Shown in pieces: positions 1-8,831 of a stretch of DNA of 64,000 nucleotides. The translations under genes and the position numbers were made by a program. The notes under the pieces were generated by a model that made no database searches, was not told the origin of the DNA, and saw nothing but the letters and a program-made list of their open reading frames with translations. The first letter of the stretch is position 1, and each line of letters begins with the position of its first letter. This DNA comes from Patescibacteria group bacterium (lineage in GTDB: Bacteria; Patescibacteriota; Minisyncoccia; UBA6257; JACRHW01): positions 65,697 to 129,696 of the forward strand of contig JAGWJP010000003.1 in NCBI GenBank assembly GCA_028865725.1. Reading direction: 5' to 3'.

Positions 1-303
1 CTCTGTAATGTATTTAGTTCGCGTTTAAACGATATTACTATCCACATACTTCCTAAGGATAATAGTATTACCATTCGTTCTTCTAACGCGATTCTAGGCT
101 CTGGAGAGATAACAATACAAGGACAAGTAACGGGAATAGAACAATCATTTCGTATGAATGCACGTTATTTTCAAGACGGTCTGAAATCGATTGATGATAC
201 AAATTTAAAAATTTCTATTGTGAATGCGGAAAAACCAATAAAAATAGAACCAATTGTTGATAAGAATGGTTACGCAATCATTATGCCTATTAAAATGAAT
301 TAA
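1..303 (+). CDS. dnaN: DNA polymerase III beta clamp, 3' partial
   Basis: Frame 1 is open from base 1 to TAA at 301-303 (hand translated ...QSFRMNARYFQDGLKSID...YAIIMPIKMN*); matches the beta-clamp C-terminal FN.RY..D.L and IMP motifs. Confidence 0.85.
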   Translation, partial: LCNVFSSRLNDITIHILPKDNSITIRSSNAILGSGEITIQGQVTGIEQSFRMNARYFQDGLKSIDDTNLKISIVNAEKPIKIEPIVDKNGYAIIMPIKMN

Positions 304-311
304 AGAGGATT

Positions 312-566
312 ATGTATCGTTCTTTTCAAGAACTTGCTGAAAAGAAATACGCACGCATGCTTTCTCGAAACGCAGTGACACGTGTTTGTAATCAAATTAT
401 TGATGATATGGTAAAAGGAGATGCATATATAGAAAAACAGATAGGGTCTGTTCTTGTTATTAAATGTAAAAATAGTTCTGTCGCTTCATTTTTGAAAGTA
501 CGTGAAAAAGGTATATTAGATGCTCTTAAATTACATCGGATTACTGCATTACGCTATAAATTTTAG
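312..566 (+). CDS. dciA: DciA/DUF721-like replicative helicase loader (putative)
   Basis: 84 aa directly after dnaN; VLVIKCKNSSVASFLK..E..IL resembles the DUF721 core. Confidence 0.55.
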   Translation: MYRSFQELAEKKYARMLSRNAVTRVCNQIIDDMVKGDAYIEKQIGSVLVIKCKNSSVASFLKVREKGILDALKLHRITALRYKF

Positions 567-631
567 TTTTTTTCACACTGATCGTTTTATGAGGTCTGAG
601 ATGAGTATCTCACCTGTAATGGAGAAGAAGC

Positions 632-3061
632 TTATTTTTTGAACAAGATAATTTCTTTTGAACTTGTTACTCCAAGTTTATTCATTACTTCTATACGAAG
701 TGAGTTTTGTGTTTGAATTTCTGTTGAAGACACTGTGAGATGAATAGAAGAAGAGGGATTGGATATTTCTTGAATGAGTACGTTATTGAAAAAGATTTTT
801 ATTGATTGTGGAATCGCGTTGAAAGTACTTGAAATAGAAAATGGTGATGAAATATAGTCACCGTTTTTTGGATTATTAATAGAAATTTGAATAGGATTAC
901 TTTCTTGAGGATCTGTTTGTAGTATCGTATTGATGTAATTTTGAGGAAGCGTGTTTATTGAAGTAGCACTAAAATGTTTAGCCGCCCACTGTGCGACAGG
1001 CTGTTCCCAATTTTTAAATTGCGGATCAATGTTTGGATTATCAGGATAATTTCCTTGCGGATCATCCTTATTGACATAATATAGGATGGAATGTATTTCA
1101 TCATGTGATTTTCCATCACTACCAGTAATGGGTATAATATACTGTCCATTAAGCATGGGTTTTTTACTTGAAACAGGATTTGCCGGCGTAAATTTTTCAT
1201 TAGGACGAGTTGGTAATATTTGAGTATAAAAATCGTTGAGCATAGGTACTGCAGCAAGGATACTTCCCGCACTTTTTTGCATGGGAGTGTTGTCATTATT
1301 TCCTGCCCATATTCCTGTGACAATATTTGGCGTATAGGCAAATACCCATGCATCGCGGTAATCATTTGTGGTTCCTGTTTTTGCCGCGACGTCATATCCT
1401 TGAAAATAGAGGGGACCATGAGGCGAGAATAAACGCGAACGTGCACTATCGCTTGAAAGAATATCAGTGATTTCACGTGTATATTGCGGATCTACTACCG
1501 GGGTTACGGTATCATTGTAGGTTTCCAACACTTTTCCATCATTGGTAGTCACACTGAGAATAAATTGCTGTTTATGTTCTGTTCCTTCTTGAGAAAGAAT
1601 TGAATACGCGTTTACCATATCAATAAGTTTGACTTCTCCGCCCCCCAATACAAGAGAAAGTCCATAACGATTTGGATCATTTAATGTGGTAATACCGAAT
1701 TTTTGTGCCATATTAATGACATCCTTGATTCCTGCAAGATAGAGTACTTTTACTGATGGCACGTTTAAACTATTGCCTAATGCATCACGCAATGTGGTAG
1801 GTCCTCCAAATTGTCCATCAAAATTTTCTGGCCTATAGCTGTTGTGAGGATCTCCCGATGTATCAAATTCCGTGGGAAGGTCAAAAACAATTGTTTGAGG
1901 AGTATATCCTTTTGTAAACGCCGTAAGATAAACAAACGGTTTGAATGACGATCCTGGTTGGCGTAATCCTTGTGTAGCAACGTCAAAATTTCCATCATGA
2001 GCAACATCAAAATAATCATGAGAACCTACTAGACTGATAATTTGGCCTGTTTTTGGATCTTCACTTACCAACGCGGCGTTAGTTCCTTTGTAAAGTTCGG
2101 TATTACGTTGTGCTCCTCTTGCAACAACGTCTTCCGCAATTTGTTGAGTAGGCCAATCGAGAGTGGTAATGACATTTAATCCCGCGCTTTTTACATAATC
2201 TTCTCCATATTGTTTGTTAAGATAATCAATGACCATCATCACAAAATGTGGAGCACGAATAGAAACTTTTTGAGGTGCGAATGTAATAGATTCTTGAAGA
2301 GCATTATTATATTCCGTATCAGTAATCCAACCCAAATCCTTCATGATTTTTAATCCATAATGGGCCCTGTTTAACAATTCTTGTTTGTGGATTCCATACG
2401 GTGAATAGTAGGAAGGTGCTTGGGGAAGAGAGGCTAAAATGGCAGCTTCAGCAAGCGTAAGATCTTTTGCTGATTTATTGAAATAACTTTGACTTGCGGC
2501 TTCTATTCCATAAGCGTTGCCTCCATAAGGAATATCGTTCAAGTAGAGGTTCAAAATTTCATCCTTTGAATAACGGCGTTCTAATTTGTATGCTAGTATA
2601 ATCTCTTTTATTTTTCGTGTAATTGTTTTTTGAGGATCAAGAAGAGTATTTTTGACCAACTGCTGTGTAATTGTCGATCCTCCTTCAACTGTTTGTCCTT
2701 GTATAATGTCAGTTACCAGGGCACGAAGTGTTCCTTTTATGCTAAATGCCGAGTGATTGTAAAAATCCTTATCTTCTAAGGCGAGTGTCGCTTTTTTTAC
2801 ATAGTCCGGAATTTCATCGAATGCAATAGGAGTTCTTTTTTGGTCCCCATAAAGATCATAAAGAAGAACTTGTCCCGTCCTATCATATATTTTTGTCGTT
2901 TGAGGAGCAGGTTGATCGCTGAAATTATCAACTTGTGGAAGGGTGAGTGTCTCATACGTTATTAGGACAAATATTCCAAAAAAAATGAGAAAAGCAATAC
3001 ATACGCCCCCAATGAGGAGGAATTTCATAAACGACCTTTTTTTATTTTTTTGTGTAGTCAT
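632..3061 (-). CDS. mrcA: Class A penicillin-binding protein (PBP1A family)
   Basis: N-terminal TM; transglycosylase motifs EDKDFYNH, GGSTITQQLVKN, RKIKE; transpeptidase SSFK, SLN, KTGT. Confidence 0.95.
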   Translation of the reverse strand: MTTQKNKKRSFMKFLLIGGVCIAFLIFFGIFVLITYETLTLPQVDNFSDQPAPQTTKIYDRTGQVLLYDLYGDQKRTPIAFDEIPDYVKKATLALEDKDFYNHSAFSIKGTLRALVTDIIQGQTVEGGSTITQQLVKNTLLDPQKTITRKIKEIILAYKLERRYSKDEILNLYLNDIPYGGNAYGIEAASQSYFNKSAKDLTLAEAAILASLPQAPSYYSPYGIHKQELLNRAHYGLKIMKDLGWITDTEYNNALQESITFAPQKVSIRAPHFVMMVIDYLNKQYGEDYVKSAGLNVITTLDWPTQQIAEDVVARGAQRNTELYKGTNAALVSEDPKTGQIISLVGSHDYFDVAHDGNFDVATQGLRQPGSSFKPFVYLTAFTKGYTPQTIVFDLPTEFDTSGDPHNSYRPENFDGQFGGPTTLRDALGNSLNVPSVKVLYLAGIKDVINMAQKFGITTLNDPNRYGLSLVLGGGEVKLIDMVNAYSILSQEGTEHKQQFILSVTTNDGKVLETYNDTVTPVVDPQYTREITDILSSDSARSRLFSPHGPLYFQGYDVAAKTGTTNDYRDAWVFAYTPNIVTGIWAGNNDNTPMQKSAGSILAAVPMLNDFYTQILPTRPNEKFTPANPVSSKKPMLNGQYIIPITGSDGKSHDEIHSILYYVNKDDPQGNYPDNPNIDPQFKNWEQPVAQWAAKHFSATSINTLPQNYINTILQTDPQESNPIQISINNPKNGDYISSPFSISSTFNAIPQSIKIFFNNVLIQEISNPSSSIHLTVSSTEIQTQNSLRIEVMNKLGVTSSKEIILFKK

Positions 3062-3105
3062 TGATTATGTGATTATTATGTCTCATTTTATTTGTTTTAT
3101 CAATA

Positions 3106-3133
3106 CCTAAAAACCCCGTTAGGGGGTCTTAGG
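3106..3133 (-). terminator. Hairpin terminator after the acidic small protein
   Basis: CCTAAAAACCCC-GTTA-GGGGGTCTTAGG imperfect stem about 25 nt past the stop codon. Confidence 0.5.
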
Positions 3134-3158
3134 TATTGATCACTATGTATATAAATTG

Positions 3159-3356
3159 CTATATTTCCTCTTCGTCATCATTATCATCATCGTCTTCTTC
3201 CTCCTCCTCTTCGTCATCATTATCATCATCGTCTTCTTCCCCATCGTTTAGGGTTTCATCTTCTTCTGCCGGCTCTTCATCAAACCACTCTTCTTCCTCG
3301 CTACCTTGTCCTTTTTTTATGGTATTAGTAACAAATAATGAATTATACACTGCCAT
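3159..3356 (-). CDS. Small, extremely acidic protein
   Basis: 65 aa with a D/E-dominated tail; own promoter (TTGACA-16-TACAAT, 3427-3400) and a downstream hairpin. Confidence 0.6.
   Translation of the reverse strand: MAVYNSLFVTNTIKKGQGSEEEEWFDEEPAEEDETLNDGEEDDDDNDDEEEEEEDDDDNDDEEEI
3166..3240. repeat. 36-bp exact direct repeat, 39-bp period
   Basis: TCCTCTTCGTCATCATTATCATCATCGTCTTCTTCC at 3166-3201 and 3205-3240. Confidence 0.9.
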
Positions 3357-3399
3357 AGTATTTGGGTCTTCTTACCGACCTTTTTGTTATTTTGTTCGT

Positions 3400-3427
3400 A
3401 TTGTAGTGTTTTTAATGACAGTGTCAA
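3400..3427 (-). promoter_or_regulatory. Sigma70-type promoter of the acidic protein gene
   Basis: TTGACA-16 nt-TACAAT on the minus strand. Confidence 0.6.
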
Positions 3428-3482
3428 GATGTGAATATGAGGTCTTTAATATGTCATATTATGACAGTATTTTCTAGGGCAT

Positions 3483-3511
3483 TTGACAAATTTTAATAAG
3501 TTTATTAGAAT
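3483..3511 (+). promoter_or_regulatory. Sigma70-type promoter of nusA-tig-clpP
   Basis: TTGACA (3483-3488)-17 nt-TAGAAT (3506-3511). Confidence 0.75.
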
Positions 3512-3540
3512 GTATATTGAAGTATGGTTTGAATCCTGTT

Positions 3541-3565
3541 AATGTCCGCCCGAGGGGCGGACATT
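3541..3565 (+). promoter_or_regulatory. nusA leader hairpin (rimP-leader-like attenuator)
   Basis: Perfect 11-bp stem AATGTCCGCCC-GAG-GGGCGGACATT between the promoter and the nusA start, followed by a T-rich tract. Confidence 0.6.
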
Positions 3566-3612
3566 ATAGTTTTCTCAAGTATTATTCAACTAATTCCCAT
3601 ATATTTTTTATT

Positions 3613-4842
3613 ATGTTTGATTTAAAGAATTTTTCCTCTGCAATTGAACAAATAGCTGAGGAGCGTAATATTACTAAAGAATCTATCGTTGAGGCAATTG
3701 AAGCGGCTGTTGCGACCGCGTATCGCAAAGAGTACGGAAGCAAAGGAGAACACATTCGTGCAAAACTAGATCTTGAAACGGGAACGTTTCAGTTTTGGCA
3801 AGTGAAGACTGTGCTTGATGAGAGTATGGTAAAAACAGAAGAAGAGATTGCACAAGAGGCAGCAGAAGATTATATCCCCCACGAGCTACAGGAAGGTGAA
3901 GTAAAAAAATATGTGTTTAATCCAGAACACCATATTATGCTTGATGAAGCTCAAATAGATGATCCAAAGATTCAAGTGGGAGATGAAGTAACTTATCCTT
4001 TGGAGCCTCACGCTGATTTTGGACGTATTGCAGCACAAGCAGCAAAACAGGTGGTGTTGCAGAAAATTCGTGAAGCTGAAAAGACTACCGTTTATCAGGA
4101 ATATAAACAAAAGGAGGGAACATTGGTAAGCGGTCTTATCCAACGCATTGAAGGAAGAAACGTCTATGTTGATTTAGGAAAGACAGTGGGTATTATGTAT
4201 GCGAATGAAGGCATTTATGATGAACGATACCGTATTGGCGAGCGGCGACGTTTTTATATTCTTGCGGTACAGGAAGACATGAAAGGTCCTGCGGTTATTC
4301 TTTCCCGCGCTCATCCTCAATTTGTAGCAAAATTATTTGAAATAGAAGTCCCCGAGATAAATGATAATATTGTAGAAATTAAAGCAATTGCGCGTGAACC
4401 AGGAAGTCGCACCAAAATAGCAGTCGTAACTCATGTAGAGGCTATAGATCCTATTGGTTCATGTGTGGGTCAGAAAGGAACACGTGTGATGGCGGTTATG
4501 AACGAATTAGGAGGAGAAAAAATTGATATTATCGCATGGTCTGAAGATCCGGCCACATTTATTACTAATGCGCTTTCTCCCGCAAAAGTACAAGATATCG
4601 AGATCCACCCTTATCGAGAAGCGTTGGTATATGTGGCCCCGGAACAAATCAGCCTTGCTATTGGAAGAAGTGGACAAAATGTACGTCTCGCTGCGCGTCT
4701 TACAAATTGGAAGATTGACGTTCGTTCCTCGGAGAAACCAGAAGAGTCTGTAGAGGGGGGGGTGGCGGCCATTTCTGAAGAGGGAGAACAGGAAACAGTT
4801 GTTACTTCGGGAGATTCGGAACATAAAAACGAAATAGAATAA
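3613..4842 (+). CDS. nusA: Transcription termination/antitermination factor NusA
   Basis: FGRIAAQAAKQV, AREPGSRTKIAV, GSCVGQKG, AIGRSGQNVRLA; start moved to ATG 3613 (MFDLK). Confidence 0.97.
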   Translation: MFDLKNFSSAIEQIAEERNITKESIVEAIEAAVATAYRKEYGSKGEHIRAKLDLETGTFQFWQVKTVLDESMVKTEEEIAQEAAEDYIPHELQEGEVKKYVFNPEHHIMLDEAQIDDPKIQVGDEVTYPLEPHADFGRIAAQAAKQVVLQKIREAEKTTVYQEYKQKEGTLVSGLIQRIEGRNVYVDLGKTVGIMYANEGIYDERYRIGERRRFYILAVQEDMKGPAVILSRAHPQFVAKLFEIEVPEINDNIVEIKAIAREPGSRTKIAVVTHVEAIDPIGSCVGQKGTRVMAVMNELGGEKIDIIAWSEDPATFITNALSPAKVQDIEIHPYREALVYVAPEQISLAIGRSGQNVRLAARLTNWKIDVRSSEKPEESVEGGVAAISEEGEQETVVTSGDSEHKNEIE

Positions 4843-4866
4843 CCTTATTTATCCATTTCCCTTCTC

Positions 4867-5814
4867 ATGAATATCATTTTGCCTGATTATAAACAACTTG
4901 CCCACGATTTTTTTGAAAATAACCAAAAAAATCTTGAAGTACCCGAAGCGAAATATGCGGAAGCTATGTTGTGGCTTCAACGTGCACGTGCCCAATATAT
5001 TGCACTTAATCGTCCTGCCGAAGAGGGAGACATTGTCGATATTGATTTTGATACGACAGTGCATAATGTTCCGCTTGAAGGAGGGAGTGGAAAACATCAG
5101 AAATTTGTGCTGGGAAAAGGAAAGTTTGTACCGGGGTTTGAAGAACGTATTCAGGGGATGAGTATAGGGGAAACAAGAACGTTCACCCTTACAGCACCTG
5201 CCGATTATTGGCTTACTGAATTACGCGAAAAACCTCTTACATTTTCAGTTTTTCTCCATAATGTGCAAAAAGAAGTTCTTCCCGAATTAGATGATGCCTT
5301 CGCGCGGTCCATTGGCAGATTTGAAAATCTTGCTGAATTAAAAAAGAATATAGACGAAGGTCTTCATGAAGAACAAAAAGAAACAGAAAAACGTCGTTTG
5401 CGTGCAATGCTTCTCGATGTGTTAGCGCGCGAGACGCGCGCTCCTATTGAGCCGGAGGCTATCGACAGGGAAGCGGAGCGCATTGTGGATGAGTTTAAGG
5501 CATCGTTGGGATCGAATAGTGGTAATTTTTTGAAGTATTTGGCACAAGTGGGAAAAACAGAAGATTCCCTTAAACAAGAATTACACGGTGAGGCAGAAAA
5601 AAATATTACCATTGCTCTTCTTCTTGGCCATATTGCTGTCAGAGAGAATATTACAGTATCAGAAGGTGAGATTACCAAAAAAGTTCAAGAATTGATTGAA
5701 ACAAGCAAAGATTCCGAAAAACCCAAAAAAGAGGATTTGCCGTCACTTTCGATGTATGTTAAGAATATGTTGGTCGCAGAAAAAGTGCTGGTATTTTTAG
5801 AGGACCAGGCATAA
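4867..5814 (+). CDS. tig: Trigger factor lacking the N-terminal ribosome-binding domain
   Basis: FKBP domain (GDIVDIDF, LGKGKFVPGFEERIQGM) plus C-terminal domain; between nusA and clpP; 315 aa with no GFRxGK motif. Confidence 0.85.
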   Translation: MNIILPDYKQLAHDFFENNQKNLEVPEAKYAEAMLWLQRARAQYIALNRPAEEGDIVDIDFDTTVHNVPLEGGSGKHQKFVLGKGKFVPGFEERIQGMSIGETRTFTLTAPADYWLTELREKPLTFSVFLHNVQKEVLPELDDAFARSIGRFENLAELKKNIDEGLHEEQKETEKRRLRAMLLDVLARETRAPIEPEAIDREAERIVDEFKASLGSNSGNFLKYLAQVGKTEDSLKQELHGEAEKNITIALLLGHIAVRENITVSEGEITKKVQELIETSKDSEKPKKEDLPSLSMYVKNMLVAEKVLVFLEDQA

Positions 5815-5845
5815 CAGTAATTAATAATATAATTTTTACGTAGAT

Positions 5846-6436
5846 ATGAATTTAATTCCTACTGTCATAGAAAAGTCGAGCATGGGGGAGCGTGCATATG
5901 ATATTTATTCACGCTTACTCGAGGAGCGTATTATATTTTTAGGAGGGCCCATTAATGACGCGATTGCGAACACGATTATCGCCCAAATGCTATATCTTGA
6001 GCATGTAGATCCTAAGAAAGACATCCTTTTTTATATCAATTCTCCCGGTGGAATGGTTACCGCGGGGCTTGCTATTTATGATACGATGCAAGCGATTAGG
6101 CCTGATACATCTACTGTGTGTGTGGGTGTTGCTGCATCAATGGCGGCAGTATTGCTCGGTGGCGGTAAAAAAGGAAAGCGTCTTGCACTTCCAAATGCTG
6201 AAATGCTTTTGCATCAGGTTATGATGGATGGAGTGGGGGGGCAGGCAACGGAGATTGAAATTACGGCAAAACAGGTTCTTAAAATGAAAGATCAATTAAA
6301 TCAAATTCTCTCAAAGCATACAGGCCAAACTCTTGCAAGAATAGAAAAAGATACCGATCGTGATTTTTATCTTTCTTCTGAAGAGGCAAAAAAGTATGGA
6401 CTGATTGATGATATTATTAAACCACTGAAAAAGTAA
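5846..6436 (+). CDS. clpP: ATP-dependent Clp protease proteolytic subunit
   Basis: [29 protein letters not shown]. Confidence 0.98.
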   Translation: MNLIPTVIEKSSMGERAYDIYSRLLEERIIFLGGPINDAIANTIIAQMLYLEHVDPKKDILFYINSPGGMVTAGLAIYDTMQAIRPDTSTVCVGVAASMAAVLLGGGKKGKRLALPNAEMLLHQVMMDGVGGQATEIEITAKQVLKMKDQLNQILSKHTGQTLARIEKDTDRDFYLSSEEAKKYGLIDDIIKPLKK

Positions 6437-6438
6437 TT

Positions 6439-6562
6439 CAAAAACCTTCGATATTGGCACATAGCTTTGTCGGAAACTGAGTTTTTTATTCGTCGTATTA
6501 CAATACGCCTCATAAAAAGCCTCGTTTCCTTCGCGCTCTGTATCCAATCTCGAAGGTTTTTG
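6439..6562. repeat. 124-nt rod-shaped imperfect palindrome (structured RNA or REP/MITE-like element)
   Basis: CAAAAACCTTCGATATTGG pairs with CCAATCTCGAAGGTTTTTG (1 mismatch); nested GGAAAC/GTTTCC, TTTTTAT/ATAAAAA, CGTAT/ATACG. Confidence 0.7.
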
Positions 6563-6656
6563 CGACAGATTGGATCAGATATTATAGGGCGTAAATGATC
6601 TTGTGAAGTTTGTGTATATTTGGTATTTTGTATATGTCTACTTTAGGCAGACTGAA

Positions 6657-6727
6657 GCGGGATTAGTATAGTGGTAGTACGCGACCTTGCCAAGGTCAAG
6701 GCGCCAGTTCGATTCTGGTATCCCGCT
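6657..6727 (+). tRNA. tRNA-Gly (GCC)
   Basis: Acceptor stem GCGGGAT/ATCCCGC, anticodon loop TTGCCAA, T-arm GCCAG-TTCGATT-CTGGT; CCA not encoded. Confidence 0.96.
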
Positions 6728-6935
6728 CAGATGAAGTTTTTGGCTAAAAAACCCTTGAACAAATCAGAGTTTTTTGGTTTGAGTAGGTTGGAAAATTTGT
6801 TTTATTCTGAGTTTTCACTCATCCGACAGATATTTATTCGCACAACATTTTGAACGTTCCCCGCAGCCGACAAACTGGACAAATATAATACTATATTGTT
6901 TTTAGTTCGTCGAAAGTCGAAAAAGGAGGAAACAG

Positions 6936-7563
6936 ATGAGGATGAGGACAAATTACAATTTCATCCTTGGCGTTGTGATGGCGGCGGTACTTACCGCCAT
7001 GTCACCTTTTCTCGTCGGGTATCATCCGAGTTTTGGAATGTTTCTGATTTTTTTCCTCGTTTCATACCCCTACAAGGTAGGTAAGAACATTTATGGAATT
7101 TTTGGAGGATTCGCCACTGAAGGAAATTCCTATGCGCTTCTCGGTATTATTCAGGCTGCGAAATACGATGCTATCCAAGTTTGCGGCGTATCTCTTTATC
7201 AGAAAGCCGGAGAGGATGCATCCCAAGTTTTTGGTCTTTCTTTGTATCAGTACGCAGGACGTGACGCAGCACAGATGTTTGGAATATCTTTGTGCCAATA
7301 TGCAGGAAATAGTGTCGGGCAGTTCATTGGGATTTCCTTATATCAGGAGGGGGCGGGATTGGATGGCAGAGCAATGCATCGGCATTTCTATCTATCAACG
7401 AGCAAGGTGTGACGCGATACAATGCCTTGGCCTCTCCTTGTGCCAATGTGCGGAAAGAAATGTCAGACACGCATTTGGCATCTCTCTTTATCAATGTGCA
7501 ACAAGAGGAAACATCGAACAATGTTTTGGCATTTCGTTGTTTTCAAGAAAGAAGGAGGATTAG
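6936..7563 (+). pseudogene. Membrane-anchored 16-aa repeat protein split by a frameshift
   Basis: SD AAGGAGG; two hydrophobic segments, then Q.A..DA.Q.FG.SLY repeats that run in the frame of 6936..7412 and continue in the frame of 7093..7563 after about 7350-7366. Confidence 0.7.
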
Positions 7564-7750
7564 GGTTATCGAACTTCTGGCAATGTCCAGAGGTTTTTCA
7601 TTTTAAATAAACTTTAATTTTCTCAACCAATCAATAAATCAAATTCGACATTGTAAAAATTATTCGGACTGAAAATTCCCGCGGTCTCATGGTTTCTGGC
7701 TTGTGCGAATGGTCGGTAGAATTTAAATCATAACATGATATACTTCTTTT

Positions 7751-8104
7751 ATGGAAAAGATACCGCAGAAACAAGAACAGGTTTCTCTTTATGAAGTCAA
7801 GATTGCTATGGAATCAGACGAGAACTCTATTTTCTTGAACCTTGAAAGGAGGGGACTTGCACAATTCATTGTTACAAAAAATTTTGATATTTTCATAACA
7901 CATCTTGGACATGATGCATTACGTTTTGCAAATGGTCTTCAGTGGAACGATATAACATTCCGTGGATATGCGCGTAAAAATAACAATACCATTGAGGTTT
8001 ATTTTTATGACAAACCGGCAGAAAAGGAAAGAGAAGATATTGAAAAAGTTATAAAGAGGTTTTTAGGATCACTACATGTTCAAGGTTCAGAGAAAAAGTT
8101 CTAA
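7751..8104 (+). CDS. Hypothetical protein
   Basis: 117-aa ORF filling the gap, protein-like composition. Confidence 0.65.
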   Translation: MEKIPQKQEQVSLYEVKIAMESDENSIFLNLERRGLAQFIVTKNFDIFITHLGHDALRFANGLQWNDITFRGYARKNNNTIEVYFYDKPAEKEREDIEKVIKRFLGSLHVQGSEKKF

Positions 8105-8131
8105 CGCATTTTTTGTGTGATCTCTTTTCCG

Positions 8132-8428
8132 TTAAAGTTTGCGATGTCTTTTGTCCCACAACACCAAGAGGAAGGGGGATAGCACACTCGTGATTATCAG
8201 AAAAAGTGCAATGAGTTGTTTTGAGTTATTTGTAAAAAAATCCGCCTGTTGTAAGAGGAGAATGAGGACGCTTATTTCGATACCAAAAATGAGAAGCAGG
8301 GCGGCTAAAATTTTAAGATCACCCCAGAATTTTTTTGGATGATAGTGTGCGTCATATCGCATGCGTTCTATCGCCTGTATGGCTACCATGAACATCAAAA
8401 GTGAAATGGTAATATCGTAAGCATTCAT
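8132..8428 (-). CDS. Small membrane protein (3 TM)
   Basis: 98 aa with three hydrophobic segments. Confidence 0.65.
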   Translation of the reverse strand: MNAYDITISLLMFMVAIQAIERMRYDAHYHPKKFWGDLKILAALLLIFGIEISVLILLLQQADFFTNNSKQLIALFLIITSVLSPFLLVLWDKRHRKL

Positions 8429-8564
8429 AGGTTAAGTATAACATGGGACGGTACATATTATGCACATCATATCGTTTCGTGTTGTGCTATACTAAAGTTA
8501 ACATGCTGGATACATCTGAGATCGTTGCAGCATAAAGGTCGCCGCATTTATAATATTTTATATT

Positions 8565-8768
8565 ATGTCATTACATAAAATTGCATACGTTCTTCTTTTA
8601 ATCGGAGGTCTCAACTGGCTTCTTGTGGGCGGTTTTCATTGGAGCCTCGGGTTACTTTTCGGAGGAGACATGGCAATGGCTTCTCGCGTGATTTATGTAT
8701 TAGTGGGGCTTTCTGCATTGTACGAGTTATTTTCTCATAAGGGACGATGTAAAGAGTGCGCCATGTAA
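8565..8768 (+). CDS. DUF378 family small membrane protein
   Basis: LLLIGGLNWLLVG...SRVIYVLVGLSAL pattern. Confidence 0.85.
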   Translation: MSLHKIAYVLLLIGGLNWLLVGGFHWSLGLLFGGDMAMASRVIYVLVGLSALYELFSHKGRCKECAM

Positions 8769-8781
8769 CTTTTTGGGATAA

Positions 8782-8816
8782 GATAAAAAACAGCCTTTAA
8801 TCGGGCTGTTTTTTAT
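8782..8816. terminator. Bidirectional intrinsic terminator between DUF378 and the pilin gene
   Basis: ATAAAAAACAGCCT-TTAATC-GGGCTGTTTTTTAT between convergent genes. Confidence 0.8.
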
Positions 8817-8831
8817 ACAAGGCGGCATGTC

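Noticed and set aside
3032-3039. Fourth AAAGGTCG motif before an internal Met of PBP1A
   Set aside because: Lies in the basic N-terminal KKRS codons typical of PBPs; probably coincidental and not counted
3136-3477. Poly-Ser ORF on the + strand
   Set aside because: Antisense shadow of the acidic ORF; promoter, leader motif and terminator all support the minus strand
6671-6853. 60-aa ORF
   Set aside because: Starts inside tRNA-Gly
6657-8428. Prophage or integrative element at tRNA-Gly
   Set aside because: No integrase and no duplicated tRNA 3' end seen in the window
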